Shown: positions 44,233 through 53,235 of the stretch, in pieces
How positions within the stretch are numbered: the stretch's first letter is position 1
Layout of the letters: every line of letters begins with the position of its first letter
DNA from: Myxococcota bacterium
GTDB taxonomy: Bacteria; Myxococcota_A; UBA9160; UBA4427
Length of the DNA: 64,000 nucleotides
Assembly: GCA_036336835.1 (NCBI GenBank)
Contig: JAYZFK010000097.1
Location: forward strand, 1,371-65,370
Direction: 5' to 3'
Notes under the pieces: model-generated
Database searches by the model: none
The model's input: the letters and a program-made list of their open reading frames with translations, nothing else
What the model was told of the DNA's origin: nothing
Translations under genes and position numbers: made by a program

Positions 44233-45690
44233 ATGTCACCCGATCCGTTCTCCGCCGGCGTCTGGTCGCTGCTCCCGGCGCTCGTCACGATCGTTCTTGC
44301 GCTGTGGACCCGCCAGGTGATCGCTTCGCTGTTTGCCGGCATCGTCACCGGGAGCCTGGTCGTCGCTGCGACTCACGGCGGCCTGCTCGACCCCTCCGCG
44401 TGGAGTCAGGCGAACCCGATCACGCGTTATCTGATTCCTTCCATTGGCTCGAGCAAGTACGCGAAGATCCTGCTGATCTATCTATGGTGCCTCGGCGGTC
44501 TGCTCGGCCTGTGGCAGCGCACGGGTGGGGCCCGCTTCTTCGCGGAGTCGGTCGGCCGCAGCCTGGTCCGCGGACGCCGCTCGTCGCTGTTGTTCGCCTG
44601 GCTGCTCGGCCTGATCTTCCACCAGGGCGGCACGCCCAGCACCGTGCTCGCCGCCTCGACTGCCAAGCCCGTCGCCGACAAGCATCGCGTCAGCCACGAG
44701 GAGCTCGCCTACGTGGTGGACTCGACGGCCTCGCCCGTCGCGACCCTGCTGCCGTTCAACGCCTGGCCGGCCTTCGTGGCGGCCACCGTGGCCGGGACGA
44801 TCCCCCTGCTCGCCAGCGAGGCAGCGGGGATGTCGATGTTCTTCGCTTCCATCAAGTTCAACTTCTACGCGATGTTCGCCGTCGCCACGACGCTCGCGCT
44901 CTCGCTCGGGCAGCTGCCCTGGCTGGGCTCGACGCTCGCAGCCGCACGCCGCCGCTCGATCGAGCGGGGACTGCTCGACCGCGAGGGGGCGGAGCCAATG
45001 ATCCCGCTCGAGCACGCAGGCGAGGACGTGTCGCTCGCACCCGGGTATGTCCCGCACCTGCTCGACTTCACCGTGCCGCTCGGTGCGCTGCTCAGCATCG
45101 CAATCGGCAGCTACTTCCTGACCGGCGATGCGTGGGTCAACGAGGCGTTCTCCTGCGCGGTGCTGCTCGCCATGATCGTGGCCTGGGCCCGGGGGATGAG
45201 CCTCGCCAATGTCATTGGCGCCTTCGTCGCCGGCTGCGAGAAGATGACGATCGGAGCATTGGTTCTGGGGCTCGCGGTGACGATCGGCGAGGTCTCGAAA
45301 GATCTGGGAACCGGCCAGTTCATCGTCGACCTGTTCGGCGGGCACATCGCTCCGCTGGCGCTTCCAGCCCTCCTGACCGGGCTGTGCATGGCGATCGCGT
45401 TCGCCACGGGCACTTCATGGGGAACCTACGGTGTCGTGTTCCCGCTGGCGATGCCGCTGGCCTGGGCGGTGGCGCCCGACCCGACGTTCGTGCAGATCTG
45501 CTTCGGCGCGGTGCTCGGGGGCTCCGTCTTCGGCGACCAGTGCTCACCGATCTCCGACACGACCATCCTGTCGAGCATGTTCACCGGCTGCGACCTGATC
45601 GACCACGTCCGCACGCAGCTCCCGCTCGCACTCGCGGCCGCGGGACTGGGCGTGCTCGCATCGACCCTGTGCGTGATCGCGCTGGTCTGA
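44233..45690 (+). CDS. Na+/H+ antiporter NhaC family protein
   Basis: The real start is ATG 44233 (MSPDPFSAGVWSLLPALVTIVLALWTRQV). The protein is polytopic. The C-terminal block is GTSWGTYGVVFPLAMPLA...GAVLGGSVFGDQCSPISDTTILSS. Confidence 0.85.
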   Translation: MSPDPFSAGVWSLLPALVTIVLALWTRQVIASLFAGIVTGSLVVAATHGGLLDPSAWSQANPITRYLIPSIGSSKYAKILLIYLWCLGGLLGLWQRTGGARFFAESVGRSLVRGRRSSLLFAWLLGLIFHQGGTPSTVLAASTAKPVADKHRVSHEELAYVVDSTASPVATLLPFNAWPAFVAATVAGTIPLLASEAAGMSMFFASIKFNFYAMFAVATTLALSLGQLPWLGSTLAAARRRSIERGLLDREGAEPMIPLEHAGEDVSLAPGYVPHLLDFTVPLGALLSIAIGSYFLTGDAWVNEAFSCAVLLAMIVAWARGMSLANVIGAFVAGCEKMTIGALVLGLAVTIGEVSKDLGTGQFIVDLFGGHIAPLALPALLTGLCMAIAFATGTSWGTYGVVFPLAMPLAWAVAPDPTFVQICFGAVLGGSVFGDQCSPISDTTILSSMFTGCDLIDHVRTQLPLALAAAGLGVLASTLCVIALV

Positions 45691-46977
45691 CGATACGGCT
45701 CGCGCCCCGTCGGCGCGCAGCCGCCTGGCCTGCGAGCGAATCTCGGGGCGCGCCTGCAACAGCGCCTCGAGACTGGCGAAACCAACGCTGGACATCCCAT
45801 CCCACAGCTGGCGCCGGACTTGCTGGCGAAAGCCGCGCGTGGCGAGCAGCCGGACTCCGTCGCGACGCAGCGCGACGGTTCCGGACAAGCCGGCCAGGCG
45901 ACCGAGGCCAGCACGCAGCAGTGGCTCGAGCGCAGCAGCCGCCGGCTCGCTGTCCATCTCGAACGCCCAGGCGAACCGCAGCCCGTCGGCGCACTCGAGC
46001 AGCACGTAGCGATCACCGCCCCAGCCGTCCGCAGCGGTGCGCGGCGCACCGGCGCGCTCTTCGAGCCAGATTCCCAGCGAGAATCGACCCAGCGTGTTGC
46101 GCCCGATCTCCTGGCAGCCCGCCAGCTCTGGCAGCGCGAGCTCGACGAAACGCGGGGGATCGAGTCGGGGCCCCTCGAACCACTTGGCCGGCACGAGCAC
46201 CTGCTCGCTCGACATCGGGGGGTCGCGCAGCAAACGGCTCAGCTCGGCGGCACCGCCGCGCAGCTCCGCGGCGCGGACCAGCGCCAATCCGGTGGGATAG
46301 ACCGCGACGGCGTTCTCGACCAGTACCCCGGGAATGCCCGGAAAGGCATCGAGATAGCCCTCGATTTCGAGCGTCGAAGCGACGTGGGGTCGGGCTCCGC
46401 CGTCATGCCAGACGGAGTCGCGCCGCTCGGCATGCAGTGCGTGGCCCTCGAGCACGGCGGAGAGGGCGAAGCTGACGTCGTCGTTCTCACGCAGCCCGAG
46501 CAGCGCCAAGGGGATGACCGTGTTCTGATCCTGCAGCGCGTGCGTCAGCTCGTGGATCAGCAGGCCGATCTGATCGACCTCGCGCGTCCCGGAGCCCGGC
46601 TCGCCCAGATACAGCGTGCCACTCAGGCTCGAGTAGAATCCGAGCATCGAGCCCCGGCCGAGCTCGACCAGCGCGGACAGCAGGTCGAAGTCCGGCGGCG
46701 CCAGACCGAGCACCGAGAGCTCGCGCCCTGCCCCCTGCAGCTCGGCGGCCGAGAAGCTCGCCCGGTACTCGTCAGCGATGCGCTTGGCGAGTCCGCCCCT
46801 CGACACGCGCCGCTGCTCGACCGGGTGCCGCCAGCGGAGCGCCGCGGCCTCGGCCGCGCGCCGCTCGAGCGGGGTCCAGTCTTGAGCCTTGCGAGTGGGC
46901 AACTCGGCGGCAGGTCTGCCACAGGCGAGCGGCCATGCCGCCACGAGCCACAGGCTAATCGACACGACTCGCTTCAA
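45544..46977 (-). CDS. Putative zinc metallopeptidase lipoprotein (HExxH)
   Basis: The track ORF 45544..47652 is over-extended. TTG 46977 is preceded by GTAGGTG and gives MKRVVSISLWLVAAWPLAC-G, a lipobox-like signal. LLIHELTHALQDQ is the HExxH motif, with EGHALHAE downstream. The last 49 codons are antisense to nhaC. Confidence 0.6.
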   Translation of the reverse strand: MKRVVSISLWLVAAWPLACGRPAAELPTRKAQDWTPLERRAAEAAALRWRHPVEQRRVSRGGLAKRIADEYRASFSAAELQGAGRELSVLGLAPPDFDLLSALVELGRGSMLGFYSSLSGTLYLGEPGSGTREVDQIGLLIHELTHALQDQNTVIPLALLGLRENDDVSFALSAVLEGHALHAERRDSVWHDGGARPHVASTLEIEGYLDAFPGIPGVLVENAVAVYPTGLALVRAAELRGGAAELSRLLRDPPMSSEQVLVPAKWFEGPRLDPPRFVELALPELAGCQEIGRNTLGRFSLGIWLEERAGAPRTAADGWGGDRYVLLECADGLRFAWAFEMDSEPAAAALEPLLRAGLGRLAGLSGTVALRRDGVRLLATRGFRQQVRRQLWDGMSSVGFASLEALLQARPEIRSQARRLRADGARAVSSDQRDHAQGRCEHAQSRGRECERELRADVVDQVAAGEHARQDGRVGDR

Positions 46978-47013
46978 CAGGACACCTACTGAAGACCCGA
47001 GCAGGAGGCTCCA

Positions 47014-47310
47014 ATGGACCGACGTCGCTTCGAGCATCTCTTCGCTGAGCTCTCCGTCGCCTGCGGGCGAATCGTGCCCCGTTTCCGGCTGTGGCTCTGC
47101 CTGCACGAGCGAGATGCGAGCCCCGACAGCTTGAGTCTGCGCGACGTTCTCGCCTTCTGCGACGACGGCGTCGAGCCGTTCCTCGCGGCGGAGGGACTTT
47201 CGCTCTCGCGCTGGCAGCTGCGCAAGCTTCGCCGCGCGATTTTCGGCTTCGACCCGGAGCTGACGAGCCCGGACGAAATCTTGGCGCGACTCGAAGACGA
47301 GAACACCTAG
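47014..47310 (+). CDS. Hypothetical protein (98 aa)
   Basis: AGGAGG lies 7 nt upstream of ATG 47014, and third positions are GC-rich. I recognise no motif. Confidence 0.55.
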   Translation: MDRRRFEHLFAELSVACGRIVPRFRLWLCLHERDASPDSLSLRDVLAFCDDGVEPFLAAEGLSLSRWQLRKLRRAIFGFDPELTSPDEILARLEDENT

Positions 47311-47405
47311 GCGTCGGTTCCAAGCGGACTGGTCCTCTGGAGGGGCCTCGGAAAAGCACGGGGTTTGGACACTCCAACCGCTCTGGATCGCAGAGCACTC
47401 ACCCG

Positions 47406-48008
47406 TCAGGTCGAGAGCCAGCTCGCCCAGCTCGCCGTCTGACTGAGCGCCGCGAACGCTCGCGCGCGGTGCGAGATCTCGTTCTTTCGCGCCGCCGAGA
47501 GCTCGGCCATCGTGCAGCGCTCCCCCAACGGCTGGAAGATGGGGTCGTAGCCGAAACCGCCGGCGCCCGACGGCCGCTCGCAGATCACGCCCGGACACAC
47601 GCCCTCGACGCACTCCAGCCCACCTGCCGGGAGCACGAGGGCAGCGTGACACACGAAGCGCGCGGCGCGGCGGTCGACCGGAACACCCGAGAGCTCGCTC
47701 AGCAAGCGACCGAGCCGCCCGGTGTCGTCGAGACCGAGACCGCCGTAGCGAGCGGAATGGGGACCGGGGCGACCCGCGAGCGCCTCGACCTCGAGCCCGG
47801 AGTCATCGGCGACCGAGGCCACTCCGAGCTGCTGCGCAACCGCCCGTGCCTTTGCGATCGCGTTCGTCCGGTAGTCGCTGCCCTCGGCCGGGAGCTGTAC
47901 GTCGCCGCATTCTGCGAGCCCGGTCAGCTCGATCTGCGCCGTCCCCAGCAGCATCCGGATCTCGCGCAGCTTGTCGAGGTTTCCGGTGGCGACGACCAGC
48001 CGCTTCAC
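47406..48008 (-). CDS. rdgB: dITP/XTP pyrophosphatase (RdgB/HAM1 family)
   Basis: GTG 48008 overlaps the rph TGA (GTGA). The N-terminus is V(M)[44 protein letters not shown] and [16 protein letters not shown] are all present. Confidence 0.92.
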   Translation of the reverse strand: MKRLVVATGNLDKLREIRMLLGTAQIELTGLAECGDVQLPAEGSDYRTNAIAKARAVAQQLGVASVADDSGLEVEALAGRPGPHSARYGGLGLDDTGRLGRLLSELSGVPVDRRAARFVCHAALVLPAGGLECVEGVCPGVICERPSGAGGFGYDPIFQPLGERCTMAELSAARKNEISHRARAFAALSQTASWASWLST

Positions 48009-48724
48009 CCGCGCTCCAGCGCGCGCGCCTGAGCGCGGGTCAGCTCGCGGATCCCAACCAATGCGAGGTCGGTCAGCCCATCGAGCTGTGCGCGAGAGAA
48101 TACCGCCCCCTCGGCCGTGCCCTGAATCTCGACCAGATCGCCCGAGCCGGTTGCAACGACGTTCATGTCGACCTCCGCGCGGGAATCCTCTTCGTAGGGC
48201 AGGTCGAGCACCAGCTCGCCCGACACGATCCCGACCGACACTGCAGCAACCGAGTCCCGCAGCGGCACTGCCGGCAGCTTCTCGGACGACACGAGTCGGG
48301 CGCAGGCGAGCGCGAGGGCCGTGTACGCGCCCGTGATCGACGCGGTTCGCGTCCCGCCATCGGCTTGCAGGACGTCGCAGTCGACCAAGCAGGTGCGCTC
48401 GCCGAGTGCCTGCAGATCGACCACGGCGCGCAGGCTGCGACCGATCAGGCGTTGGATCTCGAGTGTGCGCCCCGACTGCTTGCCCCGCGCCGCCTCGCGC
48501 TGGGTTCGCGTATCGGTAGCACCCGGGAGCATCGAGTACTCGGCTGTGACCCAGCCCTGCCCTGCTCCCCGCAGCCAGCGCGGGACCCCGTCCTCGACAC
48601 AAACCGTGCACAACACCCGCGTGCGCCCCATGCTGCACAATACGGACCCGAGCGGATTGTCCGTAAAGTCGAGCTCCAGCTCGACGTCCCGAAGCGCATC
48701 GAGCTTTCGGCCGTCACGTCTCAT
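48005..48724 (-). CDS. rph: Ribonuclease PH
   Basis: ATG 48724 is preceded by [26 protein letters not shown]..., [17 protein letters not shown] and [19 protein letters not shown] match. 239 aa. Confidence 0.95.
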   Translation of the reverse strand: MRRDGRKLDALRDVELELDFTDNPLGSVLCSMGRTRVLCTVCVEDGVPRWLRGAGQGWVTAEYSMLPGATDTRTQREAARGKQSGRTLEIQRLIGRSLRAVVDLQALGERTCLVDCDVLQADGGTRTASITGAYTALALACARLVSSEKLPAVPLRDSVAAVSVGIVSGELVLDLPYEEDSRAEVDMNVVATGSGDLVEIQGTAEGAVFSRAQLDGLTDLALVGIRELTRAQARALERG

Positions 48725-48761
48725 CGAAACCTCCTGGTGCAAGCCCGCTGGCGCAATACGC

Positions 48762-49553
48762 TCAGCGCTCGGCGCGCCCGACCCCGCGAAGCGCGTCGTA
48801 CCGCTGCGCGTATTGCAACACTGCCCGCTCGAGAGCCGCCGCGATTGCATCGCGCCGCTCAGAAGTGAGCAGCGCGCGCTCCTCCTGCGGGTTGCTCAGG
48901 AAGCCGACCTCGATCAAGGACGCGGGCATCTGGACACCAAGGAGCACCACGAATGGCGCCTGTTTGACTCCCCTGGAGGCAACACGGTCGATCGAGTCGA
49001 GCTCGGCCTGCGCGATCTTCGCAAAGACGTTGGCCTCACGCATCGATTCGCTCGCAATCATGTCACCGATGATCGCAACCAGCGGGTCGGTCGGCAGCGC
49101 GCTGGCTGCATCGCGGCCGAACGCGCTGTTCTCGCGTTCGGCGAGTGCGCGGGAACGTTCGTCGGTTGCATCGACCGACACGAAGTAGACCTCGCTACCG
49201 CTCGGCTTCGGGCTCGCCGCCGAGTTCGCGTGGATCGAGATGAACAGGTCGGCACCCGCATCGTTCGCAAGCATCGTGCGCGTCTCGAGCGGCACGAAAG
49301 CATCGGCGGTCCGGGTCTCGAGGACCTCGAGCCCGTGGCCGCGCAGCCGCTTTGCAAGGCGCCGCGAGACGTCGAGCACCAGGTCCTTCTCCAGCAGCCC
49401 GCTGCGACCGCGCGCTCCGCGATCGTCACCACCGTGACCCGGATCGATCACGACCGAGTCGAAGCGCTCGACCGGCGGGGCCGCGACAGCTGGAATCGAC
49501 CCAGCTGCCCCCCCGGACCGGCCTGCGCAGCACGCCAGTACCGTGAGGATCAT
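48762..49553 (-). CDS. N-acetylmuramoyl-L-alanine amidase (Amidase_3 family)
   Basis: ATG 49553 gives [11 protein letters not shown], which is lipoprotein/signal-like. [14 protein letters not shown] ... [10 protein letters not shown] ... [19 protein letters not shown] also match. The track ORF is over-extended into yhhQ. Confidence 0.88.
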   Translation of the reverse strand: MILTVLACCAGRSGGAAGSIPAVAAPPVERFDSVVIDPGHGGDDRGARGRSGLLEKDLVLDVSRRLAKRLRGHGLEVLETRTADAFVPLETRTMLANDAGADLFISIHANSAASPKPSGSEVYFVSVDATDERSRALAERENSAFGRDAASALPTDPLVAIIGDMIASESMREANVFAKIAQAELDSIDRVASRGVKQAPFVVLLGVQMPASLIEVGFLSNPQEERALLTSERRDAIAAALERAVLQYAQRYDALRGVGRAER

Positions 49554-49576
49554 CGACCACGCGCGCCAGCGGCACC

Positions 49577-50362
49577 TCAACTCTCGCTTCCTCCGTGTTC
49601 GGCGAGCGGATCGATTTCGAGATAGCGCGAGAGGACGCCAACTCCGAGATAGAAGGGCCCGGTGTCGATCAGCGCCACCGCTACCTTGAAACCGTAGCCG
49701 GATGCGATGAACAACCACAGCTGCGGCCATATGGGCTCGGCCGCATCGACTGGACTGCCCGCCGCCCAGAAGTGCGTGATCGTGATGACGCAGAACGTAT
49801 CGACGAACTGGCTCACCAAGGTCGAGCCGTTGTTGCGCAGCCAGAGATGCCGGCCGCGTGTGAGCCACTTCCAGAAGTGGAACAGATACACATCGCAGAA
49901 CTGGGCTGCGAGGTAGGCCAGCATCGACGCGGCGACGGCCCCGAGCGTGAGCTGTCGAACTCGGTAGAACGCGAAGGCATAGTCCGTGGTCGCCGGCAGA
50001 CCCGTCGCCGCGTCAAGCTCGGGAACCGGCGGCAGCACGCCCGCCGTCCAGATGATGATCACCACCCACACATTCAGCCCGAGCCCCACCCAGACGACGA
50101 AGTTCGCGCGCGCCCTGCCGTAGAGCTCGCTGATGAAGTCCGTGCACAGGAACGTCAGCGGATAGGGCAACACCCCGACCGCCAGAACCAGCGGGATGTG
50201 GAGGCCGGCGATCTCGAACGACAGATCGATGAACCGCGCAACGCCAAGCACGTTGAGCAGCGTCATCGAGCCGAGGAAGAAGCCCGCCAGGACCAGGAAG
50301 ACCCGCTCGCGACGCGCCTGGAGCTCAGAGGCCTCGATCGTATGAAGCGCGCCGTCCGCCAT
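49577..50362 (-). CDS. yhhQ: Queuosine precursor transporter (VUT/YhhQ family)
   Basis: 261 aa, polytopic. LPYPLTFLCTDFISELYGRARAN is the conserved VUT motif. Confidence 0.82.
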   Translation of the reverse strand: MADGALHTIEASELQARRERVFLVLAGFFLGSMTLLNVLGVARFIDLSFEIAGLHIPLVLAVGVLPYPLTFLCTDFISELYGRARANFVVWVGLGLNVWVVIIIWTAGVLPPVPELDAATGLPATTDYAFAFYRVRQLTLGAVAASMLAYLAAQFCDVYLFHFWKWLTRGRHLWLRNNGSTLVSQFVDTFCVITITHFWAAGSPVDAAEPIWPQLWLFIASGYGFKVAVALIDTGPFYLGVGVLSRYLEIDPLAEHGGSES

Positions 50363-50452
50363 CGCGACCGCAGGGTACCGACTCGAGCGCCCATCAGGGA
50401 GCGGATCGGGGCGGGCTCGGCCCCGTCGGCAACCGCGTTTCGCCGCCGGCCG

Positions 50453-51181
50453 TCAGTTGGCGGCGAGGGCACTCCGGGCGCGCGGCCCGGGCTGCGCCGT
50501 GAACTCGCGATGCTCCGAGAACACCTTCAACGGGACCCACCCCGGGATCGCCGACATGCGGCGCAGCCCCGACGACATCGCTCCCGTCGGATCGATCACC
50601 CAGGGATCGCCGCGGTCCTCGAACCACAGTGTGACCATGTGGTGCTGCCCGTCCTCCGGGCGATAGACGATGGCGCGGAACACCTCGTCGTCGTCGAAGC
50701 CGAGATCGCGCAGTCCCTGGAATACCAGCAGCTCGAGCCCGTCACAGTCGTCACCATCGTTGCGCAACGTCTCCTCGAGCGTCGCCCAGTGATCGATCGG
50801 CCCGTCGGAGATGTAGTGCTGCTTCGCCTCGGACTGGATCCACTCGGCGAACTGGCGCGCGACCATCCGACGCCGGTCGGCGCGGAAGCTGGCGTACTTG
50901 GTGCGCAGCGCCGGGTCATCCGTGCCCCGAGCAGAGACGCGGTTGCCCGGCCCGGCAACCTCGGCCGGCGTCTCGATCGGGGCGCCTGCAGATTCACGCC
51001 GCTGCCAGCTCGCGATCTTCGGCGTCCAGGGGTCGTGGGAGCTCGGGGCTGCGAAGTAGTCGATTTCGACCCTTCGCTCTGGCGCGAGCGTCAGACCCGC
51101 ACAACCGCTCGCGAGCACGATGGCCAGGCAGAGCACTGCCGAGCGGGCAAACGGGGACCGGGAATCGTGGGGGGCCGACAT
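50453..51181 (-). CDS. Lipoprotein with transglutaminase-like cysteine peptidase (BTLCP/LapG-like) core
   Basis: ATG 51181 gives MSAPHDSRSPFARSAVLCLAIVLASGC-AG (lipobox LASGC). GDDCDGLELLVFQGLRDLGF ... GQHHMVTLWF ... WVIDPT resembles the Cys / His / Asp arrangement of BTLCP proteins. Confidence 0.55.
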   Translation of the reverse strand: MSAPHDSRSPFARSAVLCLAIVLASGCAGLTLAPERRVEIDYFAAPSSHDPWTPKIASWQRRESAGAPIETPAEVAGPGNRVSARGTDDPALRTKYASFRADRRRMVARQFAEWIQSEAKQHYISDGPIDHWATLEETLRNDGDDCDGLELLVFQGLRDLGFDDDEVFRAIVYRPEDGQHHMVTLWFEDRGDPWVIDPTGAMSSGLRRMSAIPGWVPLKVFSEHREFTAQPGPRARSALAAN

Positions 51182-51441
51182 ACCCCACACGCATCGTCTG
51201 CCATCCCCCCGGAGTTGAGGGCAAGCAACCTCGCATGGCGAAAAAACGACGTCGAGACGAGGATCACCCGCGTTCGAGCAGAGCTGCCTCGCCGCTTGCC
51301 CATGCGCGCATAGGCAACGAGCGCGCGGGCAAGACGCGGAGCCAATGCGGTCCGGCCTCGACGCCAGGCTGTCGCAACGCCCCTGGACGCGAACGCAACG
51401 GACCGGCGTCTGCGCCGCACGTGGAGTCCTGGGGCCGGCAG

Positions 51442-51600
51442 CTAGGCGGGGATGTAGGTCGCAGCGCCGTCGCAGCTGCCCACGAGCATGAACAGCCCGA
51501 CGAAGAAGACGATCATGAACGGAATGCCGCCGATGACGTAGAACAGAGAAGTCGCGTCGTAGGTGCCCTGCTCCTCCGGCTTGTCGTCCTGTTCCTGCAT
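51442..51600 (-). CDS. Small membrane protein (52 aa), not in the ORF track
   Basis: ATG 51600 is preceded by AAGGAG at 8-nt spacing. The translation is MQEQDDKPEEQGTYDATSLFYVIGGIPFMIVFFVGLFMLVGSCDGAATYIPA. It has an acidic N-terminus, one TM helix and GC-rich third positions. Confidence 0.55.
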   Translation of the reverse strand: MQEQDDKPEEQGTYDATSLFYVIGGIPFMIVFFVGLFMLVGSCDGAATYIPA

Positions 51601-51707
51601 GCTGAGGCTCCTTGTCGGGTCCAGCTCGCGGTCCCCGGGGCGCGACTACGGTAGCTGCGCCGCCCCTGCCCGCCACCCACCCGCAACCAATCGCGGCACC
51701 GGCGCTT

Positions 51708-52538
51708 TCAGCGGCGCCGCAGGCGTCTCACCTGGCTCGCGAACCGATCCAGGCGCTCCTCATCGGCCTCCGACCACATCAGGCCGAACGGCTCGCGCAG
51801 CTCGGCCGGCAGCAGCGAGGTCGCGAGCGCACGTGCGAGGCCGGCGCCCGGCATGCCCGCGACCAGCCCGCTGGATGTCCGGGAGAACAGCGCCTCGGCG
51901 ATCGCTCGGGCCTCGTCGGTCACGACGAGGCGCTCGCGTCGCATGCGGTCGAAGTAGCCCAGGAAGTCAGCACGCGTGGCCGGGGTGCGATCCGCTGGAA
52001 GTCCCAGCAGCCGCGCAACCCGCGCTTGATCGGCGTGGAAGACATCGAGCTCGCCGATCTCGACCGGTTCCAGCAGGCGCTCGTGGATCCGCACCGTGGT
52101 CCACGCAAGTGTGGCCCATACCCACGTCACCAGATCGGCGTCGCGGCCCGAGTAGCGCGCCCCCGCCTCGAAGGCGCCCGCCGCCTGCCCCAGCGTTCCG
52201 TGGACGGCGTCATGCACTCGCTCGATCGAGCGCGCTGCGGCGACGGCCTGGTGGGTCGAGCCAAAGACGATCGCGCTCATCGCCTCGAGCGTCCGCTGCA
52301 GCCGTCCGAACGGATCGCGGCGAAACTCCGAGTGGCGCGCTACGCCTGCCGCCACGAGCGGGTGGGCGATCTCGAGCAGGAGCGCACATCCCCCCCCCAT
52401 CACGACGGCGTTCTCGCGGCTCCAGCGGCAAATCGGCGAATCGGCGTCGAACAGCCCGTCGGCCGCGACGGATCGGCCGGACGGACGGGCGAGCGCGAGC
52501 AGCTGCTCGTCCGCTGCGGGAAGCCGTAGCTCGTTCAT
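51708..52538 (-). CDS. Oxygenase MpaB family (DUF2236) protein
   Basis: ATG 52538 (MNELRLPAADEQ). LLLEIAHPLVAAGVARHSEFRRDPFGRLQRT is the hallmark DUF2236 block. The track ORF is over-extended. Confidence 0.8.
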   Translation of the reverse strand: MNELRLPAADEQLLALARPSGRSVAADGLFDADSPICRWSRENAVVMGGGCALLLEIAHPLVAAGVARHSEFRRDPFGRLQRTLEAMSAIVFGSTHQAVAAARSIERVHDAVHGTLGQAAGAFEAGARYSGRDADLVTWVWATLAWTTVRIHERLLEPVEIGELDVFHADQARVARLLGLPADRTPATRADFLGYFDRMRRERLVVTDEARAIAEALFSRTSSGLVAGMPGAGLARALATSLLPAELREPFGLMWSEADEERLDRFASQVRRLRRR

Positions 52539-52557
52539 CGCCAGACCGGCAGCCCGA

Positions 52558-53070
52558 TCACTCCCGCCACGCTCCCGGAACGTCCGCCAGGTCAGCCTGG
52601 ATGCGAAGCTCGCGCAGCGCGCGCTCGGCCTCGTCGATCTCTTCGCGCGCACGCCGGATGTCCTGGCGAAGCTTGTAGCTGAGCGTCGAGTTCTTGGGGT
52701 CCGAGTTCCCGAGACCGGGCGCCCCGACCGACCAGGTACTGCTGTCGCCCGCCATCCCTTCCATCTGGCCCTGGAATCGCGCCAGATCATCCTGCCGCTG
52801 ACTGAGCCTCTCGCTCGCCTCGAAGAACCGCGCACGCCACTCACTCCGCCTGGCACCGCCCCGACGTTCGCCGCTAGCGACATAGGACTCTGGGAGCTTG
52901 AGCAGCAGATCGAGGTCGATCGCCGGCTCGCCCGAGGATGACTTCGGCGCCACCACGGCATCCGCCTCTGCGGCGGATTCGGTCAACCCGATCGAAGCCG
53001 GAAACAGCCAGAGGACGCAGCCCAGCCAGGCTGCGACCTGGCGCCCACTCGAAAGCATGAAGCTCAGCAT
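52558..53070 (-). CDS. Hypothetical secreted coiled-coil protein
   Basis: 170 aa. The hydrophobic N-terminus is VAAWLGCVLWLFPASIG. The C-terminal half is charged and helical (RQDIRRAREEIDEAERALRELRIQ). Third positions are GC-rich. Confidence 0.55.
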   Translation of the reverse strand: MLSFMLSSGRQVAAWLGCVLWLFPASIGLTESAAEADAVVAPKSSSGEPAIDLDLLLKLPESYVASGERRGGARRSEWRARFFEASERLSQRQDDLARFQGQMEGMAGDSSTWSVGAPGLGNSDPKNSTLSYKLRQDIRRAREEIDEAERALRELRIQADLADVPGAWRE

Positions 53071-53235
53071 AGCCGAGGCCTCCGCTGTAGGTGGAAACCA
53101 TCGTCTGGTCGCGCCCCGACCGAATGGGAGTCAAGCCTCCACGGGTTGAGCCGATACGCAACTCGTGAAGCCACGTCCGCCCGCTCTCGAGGCGAACCGG
53201 ATGCTGCAGATTCACTCGGGAGGCGCATTCCGGCA

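Noticed and set aside
47191-47205. GCGAAAGTCCCTCC (minus strand) resembling the RNase P RNA GGAAAGTCCGGGC core.
   Set aside because: It lies inside a well-supported 98-aa CDS with a strong SD. No other RNase P conserved regions are nearby.
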